A stretch of 64,000 nucleotides of DNA from contig OZ241385.1 of assembly GCA_965200825.1 (NCBI GenBank), positions 1,761,567 through 1,825,566 of the forward strand, in the 5' to 3' direction. The DNA comes from Rhodothermales bacterium. GTDB taxonomy: Bacteria; Bacteroidota; Rhodothermia; Rhodothermales; Bin80. Position numbers and translations under genes: made by a program. Below the pieces are notes generated by a model. The model was given only the letters and a program-made list of their open reading frames with translations. It did no database searches and was not told the origin of the DNA. Shown here one piece after another: positions 40,629 to 49,682 of the stretch. Numbering within the stretch: position 1 is the first letter of the stretch; every line of letters begins with the position of its first letter.

Positions 40629-41874
40629 ATGCCCGCGAGGGATTCAAATAATAAAAATCAGGACTGTTCCTATCGCGAGATAGAATACCGTCTATGCCCA
40701 GGTTCAAGAGGAAAGGCGAAAAATTTATCAGGCTTGGCCGGTGCGTGTCGGTTTGTATAGAATGCGATTCTTTCTCAGTGCAATGAAGAGTACCAAGACG
40801 GCAGTCAAGAGAATCCTAAGCTGACCTATTTCTCCCTGGGAAAGCGGTTTACGAAACTTAGAGGTAAAGTGGACCAGCTGTCAGAGTACTCATTTGCCAT
40901 TGTTCAGGATGCGCTCAAATATCAGGCGGATGCGTGGCAGAGATATTTTAAGGGTACGGCGAACCGTCCTGATTTTCATAAGAAACATAAGCACACGGAT
41001 TCGTTTACGGCCACACAGGATCTATTCAAAATTGTAGAGGATAGTGTGTATCCAGAAGGTTGGCTGGATGAAGTTTCGGCGCAATGGAGGAAATTCGTAC
41101 TCAGACGTTAAGCCGATTGAGTTGACGGTAAAGAAAGAGGGGCGGTACTGGAAGATGAGCGTGATTTATAAGATTCCAACTCCGGAAAAGACAGAGAACG
41201 GCGTGGCCGTTGGTATGGATCTAAATACCTATAACGTGGCCTAGACGTCTTCGGAAGGGGACCAGGGAATGCTACCGATTGAGAAACCAGATATAAAAGA
41301 GATTAGAATCAAGCGGTATCAGAGGAAGCTGGCACGGCAGAAGAAAGGATCGAAAAGACGAGTCATCACGAAGGACAGGATTGCGAAGTGGAAACGAAAA
41401 CAGAAAAACACTCGAAAGAATCAGGATCATCACAACAGCAAGGCACTGGCACGGAAAGCAGATACACTGGTACGAGAAGACCTACAAGTGAAGAGTATGT
41501 CTAAGTCTGCGAAAGGCACAAGGGACAAACCCGGCAAGAATGTAAAAGCGAAGTCAGGGTTAAACCGCGTCATCATGAACTCTTCATGGGGCAAGTTTAA
41601 CCGGTATTGTGATTACAAATTCAGCAAGGTAATTACCGTGAATCCAAAGTATACGTCTCGGACCTGCAATCAGTGTGGGCACGTAGCAAAGGATAATAGA
41701 AAAATACAGAGTAGATTTAAGTGTGTGGCCTGTGGCCATGCGGAACATGCAGATCTGAACGCGTCTGCAAATATCTTGGCCTCCGGGATTGGGGCTTCTG
41801 GTGTGGGAGGAGCGTTGCCGTTCGGCACTCCATTGATCCGTCAAATGGATATTTGGAAACTGTATAATGCGTAA
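40629..41874 (+). pseudogene. tnpB: IS200/IS605-family TnpB (OrfB, RuvC-like RNA-guided nuclease family) pseudogene; no tnpA nearby
   Basis: The N-terminus reads YRLCPGSRGKAKNLSGLAGACRFV*NAIL, with an in-frame TAG at 40758-40760 where family members have RFVYN. A frameshift occurs near 41040-41046 (frame 0 ...FKIVEDSV to frame 1 CIQKVGWMKFRR). A second in-frame TAG lies at 41242-41244 (VGMDLNTYNVA*). The C-terminal part is intact, with RuvC E (VREDLQVKSM), a zinc finger (CNQCGH...CVACGH) and RuvC D (HADLNASANI). Confidence 0.85.
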
Positions 41875-42270
41875 CCAAGTATATAATTCCCCAACGAATT
41901 TATGGACTACAATGATGCTAAAGCAATAGGATGAGCTACCGTTGACTCATCGGAGCATAGCCACTTGGAAGCTACGTTGAACTACGCCTCAAAACCGGAA
42001 TCAACCATCTAAGATGATGATTGTATCAAATTGAATAATCTGACAGAAAAAATTTGTCGACACACTATTTTAGATCTCTTTTAGATACTGAACGCAAAGA
42101 AACCAGTGTAGCAGGCAAGCTCCATCCGTAAGAAGATTTTGAGCCCAACCGATTGATGACTCGAAAGGCTCAACAGAATCTTTCGGAACGTAATACAGGA
42201 AACATTTGAGGCCTTGCCTCCATAACCATTAGCGCCAGGCTGTTTTGAGGTTTCCAAAGAATAATGTACC

Positions 42271-43221
42271 ATGAATAGAGAGCAATACAACGCTCGTAAC
42301 AAAGCCATCGTTCAAGATTTACGAAATGGTATGTACTTCAGAGAAGTAGCTACGAAGTATGGACTGTCCCCTGAACGGATACGACAAATCGGCTTGGACC
42401 AGAATTTCGAATGGAAAAAGCAAGTAAAAGTGCGTAATAAAGCCATCGCCCAAGATGTGCAAAGTGGTATGAGTATCAGAGAAGTTGCTACAAAGTATGG
42501 ATTGCATCAAAACGTGGTTAGTTCAATCGCCGATAAACATGGAGTGGGCTTCAGGGATCGACAAAAAGTGCGCAACAAAGCCATTGTCCAAGATTTACGA
42601 GATGGTATGCGTATTAAGGAAGTAGCCCTGAAATACGAATTGACTCATGAGCGAATTGGTCAGATTGGTCGGGAGCAAGGCTTTGGCCTTAAAGAACGAA
42701 ATCAAGCCATCGTCCAAGATGTACAAGATGGTATGAGCCATACAGAAGTAGGAATCAAGTACCGACTCTCGGCAAATTATATCAGGCAGATTGTCTATCA
42801 GGATTTCATCGCTAAAGGCTTGAAGTGCGACGTAAACACCGAGAGAACGGGATCCCAAAATGAATTCTCAGCGAAGCTTGGAGATAGCCTCCAAAAACAC
42901 GACAAGAAACAGATCAAGCAGGAGCGTAATATTGCTATTGTCCAAGATCTAAAAGCTGGCATGACCACCACAAAAGCAGGGGCCAAGTACGGGATCACGC
43001 CCCAACATATTTCGCTAATCGCCCATCAGCATGGAATGAGCTCTGTCACACGAAAAGAACTATTACAGGAACGTAATCGGGCTATCATTCGAGATCTACA
43101 AGCAGGCATGACCGTCAAGGAAGCCAAGGCCAAATACGGACTCGATACGAGCTCCATCTATCAGATTGTCCGAAAGTATGGGATGAATATAAAGGACCTT
43201 AGTGCAAAGGGGAATAAATAG
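42271..43221 (+). CDS. Protein composed of six tandem Mor/sigma-70-region-4-like helix-turn-helix modules
   Basis: The core RN.AI.(Q/R)D...GM...E...KYGL....I..I recurs at aa 9, 55, 101, 143, 219 and 268. The reading frame is intact for 316 aa. Confidence 0.65.
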   Translation: MNREQYNARNKAIVQDLRNGMYFREVATKYGLSPERIRQIGLDQNFEWKKQVKVRNKAIAQDVQSGMSIREVATKYGLHQNVVSSIADKHGVGFRDRQKVRNKAIVQDLRDGMRIKEVALKYELTHERIGQIGREQGFGLKERNQAIVQDVQDGMSHTEVGIKYRLSANYIRQIVYQDFIAKGLKCDVNTERTGSQNEFSAKLGDSLQKHDKKQIKQERNIAIVQDLKAGMTTTKAGAKYGITPQHISLIAHQHGMSSVTRKELLQERNRAIIRDLQAGMTVKEAKAKYGLDTSSIYQIVRKYGMNIKDLSAKGNK

Positions 43222-43461
43222 CTTAACAAAGCCATTACCTAGGACCGGAAAGCCAACATGACCACCAAAGAGGCTGGAATGGACTAGGCACGAACTCTCT
43301 GCAGATCACATCATATAGATCGCACATCAGCAGCCTCGGTCAAGCGAAGAACCAACACCACGCTCTATGCAACCATCTTATTATAAGCCAATTGGGGCAA
43401 CATACCCGGCGACCAGATTGCGCCGTAATGCCTGTTTCCTGTTTGGGAAAAATAGATCAAT

Positions 43462-44769
43462 TCAGGAAGTTACATCCGTAATTCCAACGCGTGACAAAAG
43501 CAAGTCAACCTGCTTCATGTGATAATTTGCATCAAATAGTTTCTGAACTTCCTCTACGGAAACGTGAGCCATCACTTCCTTAGACGCTAAAATCAATGAC
43601 TGAAAATTTTGTTCTTCGTGCCAACTTTTCATCGCAAGAGGCTGAACCAAGTCATAAGCTTCTTCCCGTGTCAGTCCATAATCAATCAGCTTTAGCATTA
43701 ATCGTTGACTGTTGTAAAGGCCATATGTGGCATCCAGGTTTTTCTGCATACGATCCGGATAGACGACAAGGTTTTGCAAGATGCGCGTTAATCTCAACAG
43801 CGCATAATGTACGACCGAAGTTGCATCGGGAAGAATGACGCGTTCTACGCTGGAATGCGAGATATCTCGCTCGTGCCATAAGGCGATATTTTCCATTGCT
43901 GACACCATATACCCGCGTAATAATCGTGCACAACCTGTAATATTTTCGCTGCCAATCGGATTCCGCTTATGAGGCATCGCACTGGATCCTTTCTGCCCCT
44001 TCCCAAACGCCTCTTCAGCTTCTCTGACTTCGCTTCGCTGTAAATGGCGAATTTCTACTGCAATTTTTTCCATGCTGCCTCCAATCAGTGCAAGTATGCT
44101 TATATAGTGGGCATGACGATCTCGCTGGATCACTTGGGTCGCGATCGGTTCTGGTTGAAGACCGAGAAGCTTGCACGTAATCTGTTCAACTTCTGGTGGC
44201 GTATGTGCAAATGTACCAACCGCCCCTGAAAGCTTTCCTGTCCGAATCTCTTTGGCGGCGGCTTTGAAACGAGTGAGATTTCGTTGCATTTCTGCATAAT
44301 AAAGTGCGAGTTTCAGCCCAAAGGTCGTTGGCTCTGCATGAACCCCGTGGGTTCTTCCCATCATGAGGGTGTAGCGATGTTCGAGGGCTCGATCGTGCAA
44401 AACCTGAAGTAGTGATTTCAGTGCTTTTTCGATCAACTGATTGGCTTCGGCAAGACGTACAGACCAAGCCGTATCTACAACATCAGAGGAGGTCAAGCCA
44501 TAGTGAATCCATTTCTTTTCCGGTCCGAGTCCTTCGCTAACCGCACGCGTAAACGCAACGACATCATGTCGTGTGGATTCCTCTATCTCGTGAATTCGAC
44601 TCACATCGAAGGATGCACGTTTTCGGAGAGTTTTAACATCTTCTTCGGGAATGATTCCTATCCTGGCCCATGCTTCACACACAGCCAACTCAACCTGAAG
44701 CCAAACAGCAAACTGGTTCTGTTCACTCCATAGTTTCTGCATAGCAGGGTGTGTATACCGTTGTATCAT
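43462..44769 (-). CDS. purB: Adenylosuccinate lyase
   Basis: MIQRYTHPAMQKLWSEQNQF, GLTSSDVVDTA, and the signature SSAMPHKRNP. Confidence 0.95.
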   Translation of the reverse strand: MIQRYTHPAMQKLWSEQNQFAVWLQVELAVCEAWARIGIIPEEDVKTLRKRASFDVSRIHEIEESTRHDVVAFTRAVSEGLGPEKKWIHYGLTSSDVVDTAWSVRLAEANQLIEKALKSLLQVLHDRALEHRYTLMMGRTHGVHAEPTTFGLKLALYYAEMQRNLTRFKAAAKEIRTGKLSGAVGTFAHTPPEVEQITCKLLGLQPEPIATQVIQRDRHAHYISILALIGGSMEKIAVEIRHLQRSEVREAEEAFGKGQKGSSAMPHKRNPIGSENITGCARLLRGYMVSAMENIALWHERDISHSSVERVILPDATSVVHYALLRLTRILQNLVVYPDRMQKNLDATYGLYNSQRLMLKLIDYGLTREEAYDLVQPLAMKSWHEEQNFQSLILASKEVMAHVSVEEVQKLFDANYHMKQVDLLLSRVGITDVTS

Positions 44770-44896
44770 AGCAATGCAATCGAATTTTCGGTTGAATCCA
44801 AATTAGCCATTAATATTGACTGCCGGCTTTATCATACGGAACTCCGGGGACAAAGATAGGCGACACTTCATAATTCGCTATCATACCCGACCTGAA

Positions 44897-45508
44897 TTAA
44901 AGCGAATCCCGTTTATCCTTGAGGCGCATATAGAGTAATCTCCTGGCCCGAAAAATATGCGCCTTAATCGTCCCCAAGGGAAGATCCAATTCCTGGGCAA
45001 TTTCTTCGTAGGATTTTTCCTCCTGATGCCGCATTACAATCACAATATTGTATTTCGGAGGAAGCGAATCTATTGCTTCCTGAATAATATTCGTGCGCTG
45101 ATCTCCCTCAAGTTCACGGTCCGGACGATAGGTTGTATCATAGATTTCATGCCGAATTTCACCTTCTTTAGTTGAAATTGGTCGATCCAGTGAAATGGTG
45201 GCTAACCTTCGTTTACGTTTGTAATCAATGGCATGATTTGAAGCAATCTTGTAAAGCCATGTGGAAAACGCGTACTTGGAGGAATAGGACTCGAGTGCTT
45301 TGAATGCTTTCATAAACGCTTCTTGAACCAAATCTTCAATCCCCTGCTCATCTCCGATCGTACGCTTAATGTGAATAAACAGCCTCTTCTCATATTTCTG
45401 TACTAGCAATGCATATGCGTGCTGATCCCCTCCAAGCGCGCGGGAAACCAGTTCACAATCCTTCTGACTGGATACTGACCTTTGGAAAGCCGTCAAGTCT
45501 TCAGGCAT
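44897..45508 (-). CDS. RNA polymerase sigma-70 family factor (ECF/sigma-24 type)
   Basis: Region 2: DLVQEAFMKAFKAL...FSTWLYKIASNHAIDYKRK. Region 4: SYEEIAQELDLPLGTIKAHIFRARRLL. Confidence 0.85.
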   Translation of the reverse strand: MPEDLTAFQRSVSSQKDCELVSRALGGDQHAYALLVQKYEKRLFIHIKRTIGDEQGIEDLVQEAFMKAFKALESYSSKYAFSTWLYKIASNHAIDYKRKRRLATISLDRPISTKEGEIRHEIYDTTYRPDRELEGDQRTNIIQEAIDSLPPKYNIVIVMRHQEEKSYEEIAQELDLPLGTIKAHIFRARRLLYMRLKDKRDSL

Positions 45509-45528
45509 AAGGTCTCTTGTTCATCCGT

Positions 45529-46032
45529 TCACGTCGCTAACTCCTTCTTTTCAGGAATAGTCTCATTGTCTGGAGATACAGGCAATTGAGTAGTTTCCTT
45601 ATATGTGCTCATAACAATACTGGTAGTTGTACCTGTCACACCTGGCCATGACTGAATGCTCGCAAGTAAACGTTCCAGTGATGCTGTATCGTATGATTTA
45701 ACCTTTAGGATATGTGATCCCTCCCCGGTGATCGAATGCGCTTCAAGTACTTCATTAAAACCACATACATTGTCCAGTAAGGGTTGATATTTTTTGGATG
45801 TATCCACGGACACACGAATGAAGGCCGTGACCGTGAAGCCCAAATCTTTGGCATTTACAGTCGCATGATAACCCGTGATGTACCCTTTCTGCTCCAGCTT
45901 ACGCATACGATCGCTTACACTCGTCATACTTAATCCGACACGCGCCGCGATGTCAATGTGTTTCATTCTTCCTGAGGACTGTAACAGATTCAGGATCCGG
46001 GCATCAATTTTATCTATTTTTCGGCTGCTCAT
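45529..46032 (-). CDS. Lrp/AsnC family transcriptional regulator
   Basis: IDKIDARILNLLQSSGRMKHIDIAARVGLSMTSVSDRMRKLEQKGYITGY, plus a C-terminal RAM/ACT-like domain. Confidence 0.9.
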   Translation of the reverse strand: MSSRKIDKIDARILNLLQSSGRMKHIDIAARVGLSMTSVSDRMRKLEQKGYITGYHATVNAKDLGFTVTAFIRVSVDTSKKYQPLLDNVCGFNEVLEAHSITGEGSHILKVKSYDTASLERLLASIQSWPGVTGTTTSIVMSTYKETTQLPVSPDNETIPEKKELAT

Positions 46033-46668
46033 GGTTTTAAGTATTTCTTGTCACAGGATTGATCTCTGGCAAATTGCACTCTTCAAACCATCCTTCCATG
46101 ACAGGTGATTAGGCCGGGAGCGCTTCCAGTGTTTTCTACGCTTTCGGGTATCAGAATGTTAACAAGGAATATTTTTATCCCTTAGAACTTCGTATTCCTA
46201 CGTTTTGTGTGCACTACGTCACAAATATAAGCGTTTCATTGAAGCCTCTTACACATAGTTCCTCAAATGATTGGTGATATTCCGATTAATTTCAATATCA
46301 ATTTATCCTCTGGCCTTCGACAAACTGAATCGATGCTTTATTTAATTATGAGCATGGCTTACCCTGTTAACTCGAACGAGTTGATCTCTAAATAGTATCC
46401 TGCCCCTTGTGATCTTTTTGTCATTTCGTGGGGACGAAATCCACCTCAAGAGTGGGCTAATGAGTAGAATCAAAACTGTTAAAAAGTTCTGTCAGTGAAG
46501 GGGGTAACATCTCCAAACTGTACCGCAACGATTCCTCAGAGGCAAACACCAAAATCGTGAAAAATGTCGACAGTAGTTACTTGTTTTACCGATTCATATG
46601 ACTGCGTGATAAATTCACACTCACAGAATAAGCGTTCTCAGCACTATAAGTCTTAAATTTGTGATTCG

Positions 46669-46742
<74 letters not shown>

Positions 46743-46750
46743 CCCTCACT

Positions 46751-49033
46751 TTAGGAGAAACCCAACAGCTGGCCTCCCTGATATACCAGCAGTGAAGCCA
46801 GATACGCAAGTATCGTCATGTATAACCACATGACAATTGGCCATTTCCAAGTATTCGTTTCTCGCCTCGCAATTGCTAATGTACTCATGCATTGGAGAGC
46901 AAATACGAAGAAAACCAGTAGACTCACAGCCACCAGAGGCGTGAATACCGGGCGTCCATCAGGATAGCGATCTGCTTTGATTGCATCTCGTAAGGCCACT
47001 CCTTCCTCTGCATCCGCAACACTATAAATGATACCGAGCGTGGAAATGATCACCTCACGTGCGGCGAAGGCGCTGACAAGACCTGCACTGATTTTCCAGT
47101 CAAATCCTAACGGCTGCATTACAGGTTCAAGAAATCGACCAAAATAACCAATCGCGCTCCCCCGAATCTGTGCAGACTGCTGAATGATCTGTGCACTATC
47201 CAAAGCAGCAGAATACTCACTCTCCGCCTGTTTGACGATTGATTGCACACGTGCCATTTCAGCATCTGCATTCATCACAGAATCATCCAGCGCGAAAATA
47301 TCTATTCCCGGTGAAGGAAGGAGTGCGCGAGCTTCAGCATACTTTGCATCACGTTGTTGTGCTGCCTGTTCTTCAATTTGTGTACTTTCAGAATCTGCAT
47401 CAACCTGTGGATAACTCGCTAAAAACCATAGCACAATACTACAAGCAAGAATTATTTTTCCTGCTCTAATAACAAATACCTTCGAGCGCTGAATCATACG
47501 CCACAATAGCTGCCGCATACGAGGACGTCTGTACGGGGGGAGCTCCATCACGAAGAAGCTCTCGGATCCCTTGAATACGAATCGCTTCAGCACCGCTGCA
47601 GCAACAAATGCCATCACAGTTCCCATGAGATACATTGTAAACATTGCCAGCCCTTGGTATCCTATCACTCCCAAAAGTGTCCCAGCAGGGATAAAGGCAG
47701 CAATGAACAGGGTATAGACCGGCAGACGGGCTGAACAACTCATTAGGGGAGCTACCATGATTGTAATTAGGCGGTCACGCTCACTATCCAGAGTTCTAGC
47801 AGCCATGATCCCTGGAATTGCACATGCATAGGAACTGAGAAGGGGCAGAACCGATCCTCCACTCAACCCCACACGCCTCATGATACGGTCCATAATGAAC
47901 GCGGTGCGGGCCATATATCCAGTATCCTCCATGAGGCCCAGAAAGAAAAATAGAAGTAGAATCTGAGGAAGGAATACTACTACATTTCCCACTCCGGTGA
48001 CGACTCCATCCGCCAATAGATTCGTCATCCAACCAGATGGGAGAAGCCAATGAACTCCAAATGCTAGCGCGGTGACCCCGGCCTCTATCAAATCCATGGC
48101 TGGAATTGCCCAAGAAAATACAGACTGGAAAACACCAATCAAAATGATCAGAAAAAGCAGTGGACCAAACAATTGATGCGTGACTATCGCATCAATTCGA
48201 TCGCTGAGCGTTGCACGCCTATTAACTCTAAGTATCACCTTGTTTTTGATCGGCTTAAGCCATGCATATCTCCCGCTGATCTCTGCATTCTTCCATGCGA
48301 CTCTTCTTTCGGTAAACTCTCGCCTGAGTTCTTCGATACGACTTACAAATCCAGGGGCCTGCTCTTTCCATGCATCGGAAACTTTGTCTTCAGCCAAAGC
48401 ACGTAGAACCTCCATCTTAACATGTTCCGGTTTTACCTGAGATACTTCCTCCGTCAACTGTTTGGACAAATCCGGGATTTTTGCATCCACAGCGGGCATC
48501 AACCGCCAGCGATACCCCCGTACAGGTTGAGGTGGATCAAGAATCTGTTGCGTGAGCTGATCAACTCCTTTTCCCTCGGAGGCCACGAGTGGAACAACTG
48601 GTACCCCAAGCTCCTTCGCCAGAACAGAGGTATCTATGATGATGCCATTTTTTTCGGCGGCGTCCACCATATTCATGGCCAGTATCACAGGTAGTCCTAT
48701 ATCCATCACCTGACTGACAACGTAAAGGTTACGTTCCAGATTACCCGCATCTACTACACAAATCGCCAGATCCGGGGCTTTCTCTCTCCTGCCAACAAGA
48801 ACTTCATATGTGATCTGCTCATCCAAAGACCTAGGAGTGAGACTGTAGGTACCTGGGAGGTCAATGATCTCAACGAGCGGATTTCCGGTGAGCGATCCAA
48901 TCTTCCGCTCAACTGTAACTCCTGGAAAATTAGCTACGCGCTGATGCAGACCCGTGAGTCGATTAAAGAGTGTCGTCTTTCCCACATTGGGATTACCAAC
49001 GAGGGCGATAGTAATAGAACTCGGAGAATCCAC
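46751..49033 (-). CDS. feoB: Ferrous iron transporter FeoB
   Basis: N-terminal G domain (IALVGNPNVGKTTLFNRLTG, DLPGTYSL, NMVD), followed by a large polytopic membrane domain. Confidence 0.95.
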   Translation of the reverse strand: MDSPSSITIALVGNPNVGKTTLFNRLTGLHQRVANFPGVTVERKIGSLTGNPLVEIIDLPGTYSLTPRSLDEQITYEVLVGRREKAPDLAICVVDAGNLERNLYVVSQVMDIGLPVILAMNMVDAAEKNGIIIDTSVLAKELGVPVVPLVASEGKGVDQLTQQILDPPQPVRGYRWRLMPAVDAKIPDLSKQLTEEVSQVKPEHVKMEVLRALAEDKVSDAWKEQAPGFVSRIEELRREFTERRVAWKNAEISGRYAWLKPIKNKVILRVNRRATLSDRIDAIVTHQLFGPLLFLIILIGVFQSVFSWAIPAMDLIEAGVTALAFGVHWLLPSGWMTNLLADGVVTGVGNVVVFLPQILLLFFFLGLMEDTGYMARTAFIMDRIMRRVGLSGGSVLPLLSSYACAIPGIMAARTLDSERDRLITIMVAPLMSCSARLPVYTLFIAAFIPAGTLLGVIGYQGLAMFTMYLMGTVMAFVAAAVLKRFVFKGSESFFVMELPPYRRPRMRQLLWRMIQRSKVFVIRAGKIILACSIVLWFLASYPQVDADSESTQIEEQAAQQRDAKYAEARALLPSPGIDIFALDDSVMNADAEMARVQSIVKQAESEYSAALDSAQIIQQSAQIRGSAIGYFGRFLEPVMQPLGFDWKISAGLVSAFAAREVIISTLGIIYSVADAEEGVALRDAIKADRYPDGRPVFTPLVAVSLLVFFVFALQCMSTLAIARRETNTWKWPIVMWLYMTILAYLASLLVYQGGQLLGFS

Positions 49034-49048
49034 GTCAACCCCAGCAGC

Positions 49049-49276
49049 TTATGATTCGCATTTTGAAACCAGGATCTGAGCTGCGTCGGCTTTCCGTATT
49101 GAAAGATGATACCCTTGAATCTTCAGATCCATAGGATCTCCAAGAGGGGCGAGGCGAACGACCTGTACCTCTGACCCAGGCAACATTCCCATCTCCATCA
49201 GTCGATCCGTTACTGGGCTGGGCTTGAAGTCTAGTATCTTACCCGATTCACCAGGTTGCAAATCTTGAAGTGTCAT
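49049..49276 (-). CDS. feoA: FeoA family protein
   Basis: 75 aa: LQPGESGKILDF...RLMEMGMLPGSEVQVVRLAPLGDPMDLKIQGYHLSIRKADA. Confidence 0.9.
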   Translation of the reverse strand: MTLQDLQPGESGKILDFKPSPVTDRLMEMGMLPGSEVQVVRLAPLGDPMDLKIQGYHLSIRKADAAQILVSKCES

Positions 49277-49497
49277 GGGATCAGCGGGGTGGCGAAAATT
49301 TCTTCTGCCATATCGCGACGAAGTCCGATCCGACTACCCTCAAGACGTACAATAAGGCCCTCTGAATTTTTTATCATCTCCACGCAAGCGCCCTCTCGTA
49401 TGCCAATATCTCGCAACCTTTCCTGTGCACTTCCATCCACATAACGAATCACAAGAATACATCCATCACCGTAGGATGTCAATGGAGCAGGAATCAT
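49273..49497 (-). CDS. Second FeoA-like protein
   Basis: The SH3-like FeoA pattern is RLRDIGIREGACVEMIKNSEGLIVRLEGSRIGLRRDMA. The start was set to the internal Met (MIPAPLTS), giving 75 aa. The track ORF is longer (to 49572). Confidence 0.7.
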   Translation of the reverse strand: MIPAPLTSYGDGCILVIRYVDGSAQERLRDIGIREGACVEMIKNSEGLIVRLEGSRIGLRRDMAEEIFATPLIP

Positions 49498-49682
49498 AGC
49501 CAAGTGAATAACGTTGCCTAAAGTATACGTACTTGGACTTAATATAAATAAAAAGCCCGTAGATAGTTCCAATCTATCACAGTTGTTGCATTGTCACTGT
49601 CTGAGAAAAACTGACCTCGAACGGACTTGATATAGATAATCGACGCCTCACGCCGTAAATTTGAACAAAATCATTTCTAATC

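Noticed and set aside
42081-42308. 75-aa minus-strand ORF overlapping the start of the HTH-array gene.
   Set aside because: No motifs are present, and it overlaps a better-supported gene. It is probably spurious.
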